DNA from: Carcharhinus longimanus
Lineage: Eukaryota
Reading direction: 5' to 3'
DNA length: 64,000 nucleotides
Assembly (NCBI GenBank): GCA_030264375.1
Contig: JASCQW010000043.1
Location: forward strand, 68,828,444 to 68,892,443
Shown piece after piece: positions 12,780 through 24,290 of this stretch (positions within the stretch are counted from its first letter, which is position 1; the number at the start of each line of letters is the position of its first letter). The translations under genes and the position numbers were made by a program. Under the pieces are notes generated by a model that made no database searches, was not told the DNA's origin, and worked only from the letters and a program-made list of their open reading frames with translations.

Positions 12780-13470
12780 GGTTGGGAAGAGAAGATGAGG
12801 GGAAGCTACTGAGGGAGAAAGGAAGCGTTGTGGGAAGGAGAAGGTGAAGAGGATAAGAAGGAAGCAGAAGCAAGGCAGGATGGTGGAAGAAGGATGGTTG
12901 AGAAGAAGAAGAAAGAAAAAGAATGCATTATGGCACAGTAGTCAGCATTGCTGCCTCACAGTGCCAGGGACCTTTGTTCAATTCCTGCCTTGGGTGACTG
13001 TCTGTGTGGAGTTTACACATTCTGTCTGTGTCTCCATGGGTTTCCTCTGGGTGCTCCTGTTTCCTCCCACAGTCCAAAGATATGCAGCTTTGGTGGATTG
13101 GCCATGCTAAGTTGCTCCTTAGTGTCCAAAGATGTGTAGGTTAGGGGAATTAGCAATGGTAAATACCCGGGTTATGGGGATAGGGTGAGGAGTGGGCCTG
13201 ATTAAGATGCTCCTTCAGGAAGACGGTGCAGACTCAATTGGCTGAATGGCATCCTTCTGCACTATAGGGAGTGTTAAATTCTATGATTCTATGAAATAGG
13301 AGAGATGAGGAGGAGCAAGTTGAGAAGAAAGAACTGAAAGAGAAGAAGGGAGTAGGAAAAGGAGGAAGAAAGTGAAGAAGAACAAAGAGGATTAGTAGGC
13401 TGAGAAGAGAGGATAGGAAGGGAGGTGAAAGAGAAATGGGGGCATGGAGGAGGGCAGGAATAGTGGAAGA
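12780..13470 (+). repeat. GA-rich low-complexity tract split by a SINE
   Basis: Near-pure purine runs at 12780-12922 and 13295-13470. Confidence 0.7.
12925..13294 (+). mobile_element. HE1/V-SINE-type tRNA-derived SINE
   Basis: A box TGGCACAGTAG, B box GTTCAATTCC, V-domain TGTGTGGAGTTT..CATTCT..GGGTTTCCTCTGGGTGCTCC, CR1-type tail (TTCTATGA)n. Confidence 0.9.
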
Positions 13471-14109
13471 GATTACTATTCTTTAGAATGTGTTCCTGCA
13501 TTGGGTGGTGGTGGAGTGGGAGCAGCATCAATGAGCAGAAAGCTCAGGCTGCAGATTGGGGAAAACATTGAGGAAGAAGGATCCAGACCATGGTTGTAAA
13601 GGGGATAATGAACAGATAACTGGGACAGCCAGCTGAGGGGTAGGGCTGGCTGCTATGGATAGAAATGCAAATATGGGAAAAGGATTACTGTAGAGGGAAA
13701 TGGAATTACAACCGGTATGGACTGGGCAAGGGACGTGGCAGCCACTGAATAGATTGGAAATAGTAATACAGTAACAGTGAGCAGGGGGACAGATGATGGG
13801 AAAAATCCAATCAGAAGTGACTGAATGGGACAGAGGTTTGGAAGGATGGATGGTTGAATGAAAACCAATTTCCTGTTCATTTGATAGGGTGGGAATGTGT
13901 TGTGGGGAAGGTGGGGGGGGGGATCTTTTACACTGCAGTTCCTGGGTTAGTGGGTATCTGATAGAGAGACATTTCTTTGTTGCTTATTTCAATCAAATTC
14001 TGATAATTCTATTGTTTCTTCAGAATTCTTTACACACATTATACACTTAGATATACCAGTTAAAGTCATTGTTCAGGACTTTGCATTTTGGCCAATGTGT
14101 TTATTCTTT

Positions 14110-14238
14110 ATTGTAGACCAGTTCAAAAATCTGTTTTCTGCCAATTGAGTTGCACGCACAGTTCCTCAAACCCCAATTGAGATGAATGACTAGTTAATCT
14201 GTTTTGATGGTGTTCATTGAAGAATAAATGTTGATCAC
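14110..14238 (-). mobile_element. Deu-domain SINE fragment
   Basis: Resembles the reverse complement of the Deu-domain copy at 41445-41670. Confidence 0.45.
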
Positions 14239-17200
14239 TGTAATATAAGGGTCTAGCACACATAGGTTAATGCTGTTCTGAGTACAGTATTGCCCACATA
14301 GTGATGTAAGGAGGCATATGACCCAGATCCAGGGATCAGTGTGGTGATAAACAGAGATGGGTAAGACCTAACCATGGAGATAGCTCCTATCCTGTACCCT
14401 TTATATGTGTAAATCATTCTACTTGTTAAACTCCTGAAGACTATGAAGGCTTCTTTAAGATTGTAACCAACACCCTCTTGACACAATGGCAGCTGGGAAT
14501 CAAAAACATTCAACCTCTTTGAAACAAGTGAAAATGCTGGAAGACTAAGAAAAATGAAACTTCTGACCTGAAAGAAGGTCCCAACAAAAGCTAAAGACGC
14601 AGAGAAACCTTTCCAGAAAAGGCCTGGAAGCTGAAAGCAGAGATTTTTACTGCTGCAGAAGATTCCATTGGCATTTACTTGGACATCCAATTTCAGAGTG
14701 CAGAATCTACAAAACTTGTGAGGATGAGCTAAATCTTTTAAAGTTCCAGGCTGCAACCAGTCCTGGGAACACTTTCTCTAATTCAGTGTGAGAGGTGCCG
14801 TTGAAGGAAAGACCATCCCTAAAACATGATTTCCCAGACAGAGCCCCAACATGTTGCTTTTAAATTGATAAAATCAGAGAAGGAATTCCTTATTTAAATT
14901 TGTCAGGAGAGCAGTGATTGACCAGCTCAGAAAATAGAAAACATAACTTTAAATTCAAATACCTCATCACTCCACGTAGCAAACCATGGAATGAAAGAAG
15001 TCAGCACACAGCCTATCCAGGCAGCCATTGCTAAGCGTTTTCTTCAAGAATTGCCCCATTTTTATGGAACCTTCCAAATCCAGCAAGCACAGGAAATCTC
15101 TTTGTTTCAGAATCAACTGTGACACCATGATGAAAGCCTGTTATCTCTTAAAACTAACATACAATTCAAAAGTTTCTAACATGGATCACCGTTCAACACT
15201 TCCAAATCAATTTGGACCAACCAGAAGGCCAGGATCAAGCAGAAAATTGGGGTCTTTGGAGGAAAAGATTTTTAAGACATAGCATCACTTCTGGTTTAAA
15301 TAAAAAGTCAGAAGAAGATCAAGTGAACACTTTGCTCTATTGACCCTATTGCAGACACCATCATTGCAAGACAGTCAAATTTGAGAATGTTTTAAAATCT
15401 TGCGACATTCATTTGAACTTGTGAAGCATTAAAATACTGGAGAAAGCTGAGTTCAATCAGATAGTCAAATTGCCTGGGGAACCTGTTGATTCCTTTATAA
15501 GAGATCTCTANNNNNNNNNNTATGAAGATTTAAGTCTGAACTGATCATTGGTGGGTATAACAAATGATAGGCTCCCTGACCTCCTAAAAGCTAAAGAATA
15601 TTTAATGCCAGATAACGCAATTCAGAGTTAGATGATCTGAATTCTGTGAGCAACACAGGCTGATCTCAAGAGGAGAGGATAAAACACGGCACAGAAGCTA
15701 ATCCTCAGTCCAATTTATCAGGCCACAAAAACACATGGAAAATGCAAGTCAGGGGAAGCCATTTCTGAACCACTCAGCAGCGCGATGTTATCAGCTCTGT
15801 GGTGTGAAGCATCTTCACAGAAGAGATCAATGTCCTGGAAGTACAGCCCAAAGTTTCCCCATTAGCAGAAAGGGACATGATGCCAAACTGTGCAAGTCAA
15901 AAGCCCAGAAATGCACGGGTAACAAAAACATCATCCAAATCAAAAACCCAGAAGCCATAGAGCCATGGTCCTTAAATGAGGTCAAGGGTTGTGGTTCATC
16001 ATTCTGGAATGCAGACATCTTTGTCAAGGGTTAACTAACAGATTTTTAATTAGATTCAGGTATCAGTGGGACAGTCATGTCGAACAAGGAACCATTGCTC
16101 AAAGAACTCTGGCTTAGAACAACGTATATTTCCACTTTATGCAGCAGGAGGAACCTGACTTCCAGTCATTGGCATGACCCTGGAATCACTGAGGTATGGT
16201 GGAAAACAGATTTTTGAACTGATGTATGCCATCAGTAAACAACCTTTCTATTTGCTGAGAAGGGATGCTTATGTAGCCTTGGCTCTCTTCCAGATGGCAA
16301 TGGATGTCAAGCCAACTTCTGTATTTAACTAACCAGAACTGCACAGTCCCGGATACGCAAACGCTGAAGAGTATTCAGACACGGACTTCAACTCTGAACT
16401 TTCTTTTCTCTCTGTGGAGCAGGTTTGTCCATTTGCATTGCATGACCCAGAAAACCATCAGTGATCAGACCAGCCACCTGCCCAGTAAATAACCCTAATG
16501 CCTCTGGTGGAATTGAGAGAGATCAGCAATCTATGAGGCCTCTATCTCCAACTGCAATGATGGTACAGCTGGTCAACATAGCAGCCATCCTGCCCATTGT
16601 GCAGCTTTCAGTCAGCTGGCTACAATCACAAAAGATGCTGGAACCCTGTAGCAATCTCTCACCACCGACAGTAAAACACAGAGGTGGTCCCACCACTAAA
16701 CCTTCTCCTCATCACAGGAACATTCTTCTTCAGTCTGAGGGGTCATCGAGATGGCCTCCATGTAGAAAGAAGAAGAAAAAGAAATGACACGCAGGTGAAC
16801 ACAATGTTCATTCACCTTGCAACAAATGATTTAGACTAACAGCAATCACTGGTCAATGCAGCAGCTGAACTGATCAAGTTCAGTTCAATACAAAGTACTG
16901 AAAGTAAGGAATGAAAACATACCTTGATGCCAATCCAATCTCCAAGCCAACAGGATGAACTTGAAACAAAAGAGCTGAGCACTCCTCCGACAGACTGGTG
17001 AATGAGGTATGGAAGGGTTATAACAGCTCCAGATTACCTAAACCTGTAAATTGAAGGACTTGAACGGTGGAGATGGCACAGTGAGAATGTTGTAATAATG
17101 CTAATACAGTCATAGCAAATAATGCAGTCACAGCAATAATGCAATAACAATAAAGTAAAAGCATGGGAGTGATAACAATGTAAAATGTGAAGTAAACCAG

Positions 17201-17355
17201 TGAAATGCCATAGATATTGGATAAAGACTTGTGAAGAGACATGGTATATGGGTCTGACACATACATGGTTAAAGTGGGACTGAGTACAGTGTCATCCACA
17301 CTGATGTAAGAAGGAATGTGATCCAGACCCTGGGGTCAGGGTCATATGCCTTCAT
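14239..17355 (+). mobile_element. Non-autonomous Ty3/Gypsy LTR element (LTR-leader-gag-protease-[no recognisable RT/RH/IN]-Pol tail-LTR)
   Basis: 5' LTR from 14239 (TGTAATATAAGGGTC..CTGAGTACAGT..TGATGTAAG) matches a 3' LTR from ~17241; PBS-like TGGCAGCTGGGA at ~14487; gag KSEEDQVNTLLY and GEPVDSFIRDLY; Cys/His knuckles at 15785-15900; protease LDSG at ~16050; Pol tail RYGRVITAPDYLNL* at ~17005-17049; many stops. Confidence 0.8.
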
Positions 17356-17485
17356 ATGTCCAGGGGTATCAAGTGTTTAGGAAGGATAGAAGGGAGGAAA
17401 AAGGGGGTGGGGGTAGCTCTGCTGATTAAGGATAGTATCAGGGTGGTAGTAAGGGAAGATATAGGCGCCAAAGAGCAGAATGTGG
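17356..17485 (+). mobile_element. Young CR1 endonuclease fragment truncating the 3' LTR and running into a gap
   Basis: GYQVFRKDR and GVGVALLIKDSI are APE endonuclease motifs. Confidence 0.85.
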
Positions 17486-18924
17486 NNNNNNNNNNNNNNN
17501 NNNNNNNNNNNNNNNNNNNNNNNNNNNNNNNNNNNNNNNNNNNNNNNNNNNNNNNNNNNNNNNNNNNNNNNNNNNNNNNNNNNNNNNNNNNNNNNNNNNN
17601 NNNNNNNNNNNNNNNNNNNNNNNNNNNNNNNNNNNNNNNNNNNNNNNNNNNNNNNNNNNNNNNNNNNNNNNNNNNNNNNNNNNNNNNNNNNNNNNCTCCA
17701 TTTAGCAACTCATCCAAAAAGCAGCCGACATTGAGGCAGCATTGGCCTAAATCATGCACACAAGTTCTGTAATTGAGCATGAACCTACAATTATGCTCAA
17801 TTACTATTATGTTAGAATCATACATTACACTGAATTTTAAGAGTATTTTTAATATTCCTCAACTTCTCTAGGAAGAAGCCATATGAGACAAAATGGTCTT
17901 TTGCTTTCATTTTAGTTTGAAATAAATTTCAATTGCTAATTGGTTATTGTTTTGTTGATTGTCAGGTGGTACAGTTGATAATTGGTGATGCTCAGCGATA
18001 GTCTTGTGAAATCAATGTTGTATCACAATAGTCCAGAAACCACAGCTTTGGTGTTACATTATATACTACAATACTATAAAATAAACTGATCTGATGTTCT
18101 GAGGAAAGCCCTGGTAATTTTGTTATTATCTTGTAATAATTTTAGATTTTCCTGTTCATGCACCTTACTTTGCAAAGTTAAGATTATTTTTGGATTCTAT
18201 TTATTTATGGCGAGAAAGCGAAGCGTTTAATGGATAGCTAATTTTTTGTTCCAAGTCCATGAAGCTTTGAGGAGTTAAGGGGGATGGGGGGGCAGTATAT
18301 TTGATAGAAGTGTTCACGTATTCCTGAAAAATGCAAAACCCTCACAATGTTCTTGACACTGAACCACAAGAGAATTCTAGTTACAACAGGGCCAAAAAGT
18401 TAAAGAATAGTTCTCAGAATGCAGTCAGGGTAAAAATGATTGTTGTTAATGACGTGAATCGTGATTGATTTCCAAGGAATAATCACAGCTACATTTCAGA
18501 ATCTCACCCCAGGTGTGATTAGGTATTGAAAATAATAAGAAGATTCAAAAAAGAACATTAATAAGCAAAAGGAATAAAATAGCACAATCAAAATGATTGT
18601 TATCATCTTTTTCTAAAGTTTGAATGGGTGATAATTACATTACACAGATTGAGAAAGACAGAAAAGCATCTGAAGCAGACTGCAAAATCAAGGCTTTTGC
18701 CACTGGCGTTTAACCTGATAAAATACAGCTGGCATGAAATTTGGGTCAGCTGTGCCCATAGCTTGGGTGCTCCTGATGCCAGTTACTGTCCAATGTGGTA
18801 TCTGCAATGTGTGTCCTTCATTTTNNNNNNNNNNNNNNNNNNNNNNNNNNNNNNNNNNNNNNNNNNNNNNNNNNNNNNNNNNNNNNNNNNNNNNNNNNNN
18901 NNNNNNNNNNNNNNNNNNNNNNNN

Positions 18925-19002
18925 AACTGCACACAGTACTCCAGCTGCGGCCTCACCAGTGCCCTGTACAGTTGCAGCAAAACCTCCCTACTTTTATATT
19001 CG
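18925..19002 (-). mobile_element. Young CR1 ORF2 C-terminal fragment next to a gap
   Basis: LQLYRALVRPQLEYCVQ. Confidence 0.85.
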
Positions 19003-19825
19003 TGCCGGGTGACACATTGGTGAGGGTGTTAGACTGTGTGCAGCGAAAGACCACCAAAAGAATGCAGAGTTGATCAAGATGTCAGTAATGTGTATTGCTG
19101 ACTTAATTCCAGGGGTATGATTTGGGAGCTCAATGTTTCAGGTAAAACCCTCTTCTAACCTCACACAACTGAACAAATGTTCAGTGGTAGAAAGGATCCT
19201 TAACCCACCCCCCCTCCCCCGCTGTGCTATTTTAAATAAATATTATCTGGTTTCAGGCCAGTTGCTGTTAATTTCTTCTGGCTGTTGCTACAATTCTACA
19301 ACTGTCTAGTATTTAGTATCGTTGTTTAAAATGACCAAAATTTACAGAGAACAATGGGGCAGATAGTCAAGCAGTGTTTTGCTTCTTCAAAGCTTCGGTA
19401 CTAGCCAGATGTTCCTGTAGGTTCATTCTTGCACATTCTCTGGGAATACGGCATGATGTAAAGAATAACCAGAAGTCATGCAGAATGGGATGAGTGGTCG
19501 AAAGAGGGAGGTGGAGGGAAAGGAGAAATATGCTCTCAACAGGAGGACATATTGGCCAGAATGTTTTAGGGTTAATTCTCCTATCTGTAGTGTTCAATTG
19601 TTGAACTGTTCTGTGTATGGTTCCTATAGAAACATAGAAAGTAAGAGCAAGAGTAGGCCATTCAGCCCTTCAAGCCTGCTACGCCATTCATTCCAATCAT
19701 GGCTGATCATCCAACTCAATAGCCTGATTCTGCCTTCCCCCCATATCCTTTAATCTCCTTCACCCCATATCCTTTAATCTCCTTCACCCCAAGAGCTATT
19801 TCTAACTTGTTCTTGAAAACATACA

Positions 19826-19952
19826 GTGTAGGATTTTCCTGTCATGGTCATCCCAAGATGAGAAAATCCCACCCAAGATCAACTGACTTTTGCATGGTCC
19901 ATGTCCCACCCACTATGGTTCCCATAGCGGGCAGGACAGGACAATTCTGCTC
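19826..19952 (+). mobile_element. 127-bp Harbinger-type MITE
   Basis: Imperfect TIRs, ACA 3-bp TSD on both sides, homologous to 39626-39752. Confidence 0.7.
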
Positions 19953-20462
19953 ACAATGTGTTGACCTTAACTGCTTTGTGTGATAGCGAATTCCACAGGT
20001 TTACCATTCTCTGGGTGAATACATTTCTTCTCATCTCAGTCCTAAACCCGTATCCTTAACTAATGATCTATGATTCTGGACACCCTGTCTAGTCCTGTTG
20101 AGATTTTAGAGATTTTTATGAGATTCCCTCTCATTCTTTGGAGCTCCAGAAAATATAATACTAACTGACCTAATGACCTCAGAATCAATCTGGTAAACCT
20201 TCACCACATTCCTTCTACAGCAAGAACATCCTTCCTCAGATAATGAGGCAAAAACTGCACACACCAATTCACCAAGGCTCTGCATAATTGCAACAAGACA
20301 TCAATGCTCCTGTACTTGAATCCTCTCACTATGAAGGCCAATATACCATTTGCCTTCTTTACCGCCTGCTGCACCTGCATGCTTGCTTACCTTCAGCTAC
20401 TGGTGTATGAGGATACACAAGTCTTATTATTTATTCCTGTCTCTAATCTATAGCCATTTAGA

Positions 20463-20711
20463 TAAGAACATAAGAACATAAGAAATAGGAGCAGGAGTAG
20501 GCCATCTAGCCCTTCGAGCCTGCCCCGCCATTNNNNNNNNNNNNNNNNNNNNNNNNNNNNNNNNNNNNNNNNNNNNNNNNNNNNNNNNNNNNNNNNNNNN
20601 NNNNNNNNNNNNNNNNNNNNNNNNNNNNNNNNCCATTTCCCCATCCCCTACCACTAAGTCCCCCCTCTCATCCTCTAAGGGTCCAACGTTCACCCTAGCC
20701 AGCCTCTTCTT
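20463..20711 (-). mobile_element. Young CR1 nested in old CR1 (gap-collapsed)
   Basis: (AAGAACAT)n tail; NVGPLEDERGDLVVGDGEM ORF2 piece; same subfamily as 56858-57203. Confidence 0.85.
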
Positions 20712-21344
20712 TTGTTAACAAAGTGGATAACCTCACATTAATCCACATTATACTGCATCTGCCATGCATTTTCCCACTCACTCAACTTGCCCAAATCACA
20801 CTGAAGCATCTCTACATCATCCTCACAACTCACCCTCCCACCCAGCTTTGTGTCATCTGCAAAGTGGGAGATGTTACATTTAGTTCCCTCATCTCAATCA
20901 TTAATACATAATGCAAAAAGCTAAGGTCCTTCGGTACTCTTCTAGTCACTGCCTACCATTCTGAAATGTATATTCCTACTCTTTGTTTCCTGTCTGCCAA
21001 TCAGTTTTCTATCCATCTCAATACATTACCCCAATTCCATATGCTTTAGTTTTACACACCAATCTATTATGTGGGACTTTGTCGAAAACTTCTGAAAAAC
21101 CAAATAAACCACATCCACTGGCTCCCCCTCATCACGTCTACGAGTTACATCTTCAAAGAATTCCAGGAGATTTGTCAAACATGATTTCCATTTTGTAAAT
21201 CTCTGTTGACTCTGTCCAATTCTACTTTATTTTCCAAGTGCTCTGCTCCTAAACTCTAGAATTTTCTCCACCTCCACGTCAGGCTGACTGGTCTATAATT
21301 CCTTGTTTTCTCTCGACTTCCCTTTTTGCATAACAAGGTTACAT

Positions 21345-22170
21345 TAACTGATTGAACCTGATTGTGATTGATTGGTTAACCGGGGTGTGGACTCTAAGCA
21401 AGGTTGTAGGAAGAGCCGGGAGCTCTTCCTACAGGTTATTCATTGTCAAATACTGAATAAAACCTGTTGCACGCCTTCCAACTCTGCATTTATCCGAGGT
21501 ATAAAATATACAAAAAAGTGACAATGAGGGTGATGGAAAAATGTTCAAATCTACCAATTCCTGCATCTTTCCTTTTGCTCTGCGAGAGCTACCCATCTTG
21601 TGGGATCAATTCTTGCTGAATGCAATACTCATACACTGTCTCAGAATGGAGGACCAGTGAATAATCGAGCAGTTCATAGAAGACATGTTTACATGTGGTA
21701 AATACCCTTCAAAAATACTTGGAGCCAAAGAAATGTGGGATGATCAAAGGATAATGCATTCCACCAGAGGTACAGGGAAATGCTGAGCCCATTAAACGAT
21801 ACATGGCAGCGTTTCAGCAATTGACTTCTATATGTAACTTGGCGTACTAACCAACAAATTAACTCATGACTAATTAGTTGAAAATACTTCAAATTCACAG
21901 GGAATGTCTCCTTATAGAGGATAATGAGTTAACCATGGAAAAAGCCACCGATCCAGTCCAAATCAAATCTGTCATGTTAGATTTGAAAAGATTATGTTGA
22001 AATGCATCCTCAAACTCAGGGCCATAGATAAAGCTTGCTCAACTAACTCAGGTGCAAACCTTGGGATTTTGGGAGTCTCATCAGTCTTCAAAACCATGCC
22101 TAAATTGTGCAAGCTCTCATTAATTCATAATGTCATGTCTGCTTGAGAGAAAATGTGTAACTCATGCTTA
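21345..22170 (+). mobile_element. Gypsy LTR end, PBS-like sequence and gag remnant
   Basis: AATAAA at ~21456, LTR end near 21511, degenerate TGGCGACGAGG-like PBS, IEQFIED and ELTMEKA gag-like motifs. Confidence 0.5.
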
Positions 22171-22175
22171 AAGTG

Positions 22176-22495
22176 CACAGTGCAGTGGCATAGTGTTTAG
22201 CACTGCTGTCTCAGAGCACTAGGGACCCCGGTTCAAGTCCAACCTTGGATGATTGCCAGTGTGGAGTTTGCACATTCTCCCTGCATCTGCATGGATTTCC
22301 TCTGGGTGTTCTGGTTTCCTCTCTTGGTCCAAAGATGTGCAGGTTAGGTGGATTGGCCATACTAAATTGCCACTTGGTGTCCAAAGATGTGTAGGTTAAA
22401 TGGATTAGCCATGGTAAATGCATGGGGTTATGAGGATACGGTAAGGTGTGGAGAGGAGTGGGCCTGGGTAAGAATTGGTGCAGACTCGATGGGCT
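22176..22495 (+). mobile_element. HE1/V-SINE-type SINE, 3' truncated
   Basis: A/B boxes, V-domain, GGTGCAGACTCGATGGGC. Confidence 0.9.
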
Positions 22496-22565
22496 ACGCA
22501 TTAACCCTTCCTATACCAGGCCCTTATACAGCATCTCCTACAAGGGGGGAAGGGGGAGGAGGGAG

Positions 22566-22871
22566 GGTGGTGGCATAGTGGTTAGTACTGCTGTCTTACA
22601 ACGCCAAGGACCCAGATTCGATTTCCAGCACGGGTCACTATCTGTGTGGAGTCTGCACAGTCTCCCTGCATCTTTGGGGGTTTCCTCGAAGTGCTCTGGT
22701 TTCCTCCTACAGTCCAAAAGACATACTGGTTAGGTGCATTGCCCATGCTAAATTCTCCCTCAGTGTACCCGAACAGGCGCCGGAGTGTGGTGACTCGGGA
22801 ATTTTCACAGCAACTTCGTTGCAATGTTAATGTAAGCCTATTTGTGACATTAATTAATAAATAAATAAAGT
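22566..22871 (+). mobile_element. V-domain SINE with an alternative 3' tail, inserted in the Gypsy 3' UTR
   Basis: HE1-like head and V-domain but tail GTACCCGAACAGGCGCCGGAGTGTGG...GTAAGCCTATTTGTGACA(AATA)n. Confidence 0.85.
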
Positions 22872-23328
22872 TTTTATCCAGCCTCTTTGCAATGCATTCA
22901 TGTTTATCCAACATATTTACATTGTTTCATCTACCACTCCCCCCATCCCTCTCAAGTGACCACATTTATAGGAGCAGGCGATCTGGAGGTTTTATGATTC
23001 TTCCAGAACTTGCCTTTATAACAGTGGTGGGCTCTGTTGCAGTGGGTAAACCTTGATGAATAGGTGATTCATTTGGCTGTGGTCATTCTGGGTTTTGGTT
23101 GGAGGTTCTTAATTCTCTTTTCTTGTTCTTTGAAGTTAAACTGCTCCTTGTCAACTCCTCAACTGGTATTATTGATGGCCATTGGTTTATCCAATCCCTA
23201 TGAGGAGAATGAATTCTCAGCTGTGTGTAGTGTACATTCTATGTTTCTTCCTGCATGTGATTTGCCATAGTGCGCATTGGTGTTTACATTTCAAAAATAG
23301 AACCTCCATTCCTACCTGTTTTACCATT

Positions 23329-24290
23329 TTACCCCAAAAATTGATTTGATATATTTTCCAGATATTTTTCGAGCTCGTCAATGTTTCCGTTCAGCTCAGT
23401 AACTACTCTGGTAAATTCAGTTAACTTTGTTTTAGAATTAGCTGTCGAGCTCTTGTATAAGTTTAATAACTTCACCAGGGCATTCAGTTCTGATCGGAAT
23501 CTGTTTTCTCTGGTCTTTGACTGCTGTTTAGACTCTTTCAATTCCTTTGTTAGATCTACAATTTGTTTCAAAGAATTTTCCTGATTTACTTTCAAAATCT
23601 GGATTTGCTCTTAGATTCTGCACATTTCATTCTGCATGTTGGCGTTTACATTGATCGAAGTTCTGGAACAGCATCAGTTTTGGTTGTTCATTGAAGCAAC
23701 AGTTCAGATCCGTCAGCATTCCTTCCTCTTACTCCAGGGAGTTTCTAAGAAGCTAACTAGAGGTTCCTGATGTTTTAAATTTGGCACAGTGACACAGTGG
23801 TTAGCACTGCTGCCTCACAGCGCCAGGGATTCGGGTACGATTGCCAGCTTGGGTGACTTTTTGTGTAGAGTTTTCACATTCTCCCTGTGTCTGTGTGGGT
23901 TTCCTCTGGGTGCTCTGGTTTCCCCCCGCAGTTCAAAGATGTGTGGGTTAGGTGGATTGGCCATGCTAACTTGACCCTTAGTGTCAGGGGGACTAGCTAG
24001 AGTAAATGCATGGAATTACGGGGATAGGGCCTGGGTGGTATTGTGGTCGGTGCAGACTCGATGGGTCAAATGGCCACCTTCTGCTCTGTAGGGATTCTAT
24101 GATTAACTTTTATTGAAGATCCAACTTTATCGAATTTATTTTACCAAGATCGTCATTTAGATGTTTCAAGTCCTCGCTCGAGTGTTCTGCTCAGCGTGAG
24201 CAACAATCCAGTGTTCTAATTAGTTCCCAGTTTTTCTCATCAAACTATTTTTTGTTTGTGAAAGTTGGATCTCTGCACTGATCAGACTTT
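23329..24290 (-). pseudogene. TPR: Intronless TPR (nucleoprotein TPR) N-terminal coiled-coil fragment, about residues 105-360
   Basis: Collinear matches to recalled human TPR: ELIRTLDCCSR*AEHSSEDLKHLNDDLGKINSIKLDLQ*KL vs [72 protein letters not shown] vs [35 protein letters not shown] vs LEKELEN. Confidence 0.8.
23782..24104 (+). mobile_element. HE1/V-SINE-type SINE inserted into the TPR-derived segment
   Basis: Full head, V-domain and GGGATTCTATGATT tail; TPR similarity continues on both sides. Confidence 0.92.

Larger units (their letters stand above)
19626..21345 (-). mobile_element. Old CR1 LINE (~1.4 kb) with a nested MITE and a nested young CR1
   Basis: Tail ATAGAAACATAGAAAG, then degenerate RT region (TTTGTCGAAAACTTCTGAAAA, ACGTCAGGCTGACTGGTCTATAATT). 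Confidence 0.85.

Noticed and set aside
12925-13000. tRNA genes at SINE heads (also 22176, 23782, 39159, 43840)
   Set aside because: A/B boxes run into SINE bodies; no cloverleaf or Pol III terminator.
14253-14756. 167-aa minus-strand ORF
   Set aside because: Antisense to an LTR and leader; no motif.
23329-23595. Functional TPR gene exon
   Set aside because: Intronless over ~250 residues, has stops and frameshifts, is interrupted by a SINE and embedded in a Gypsy element.
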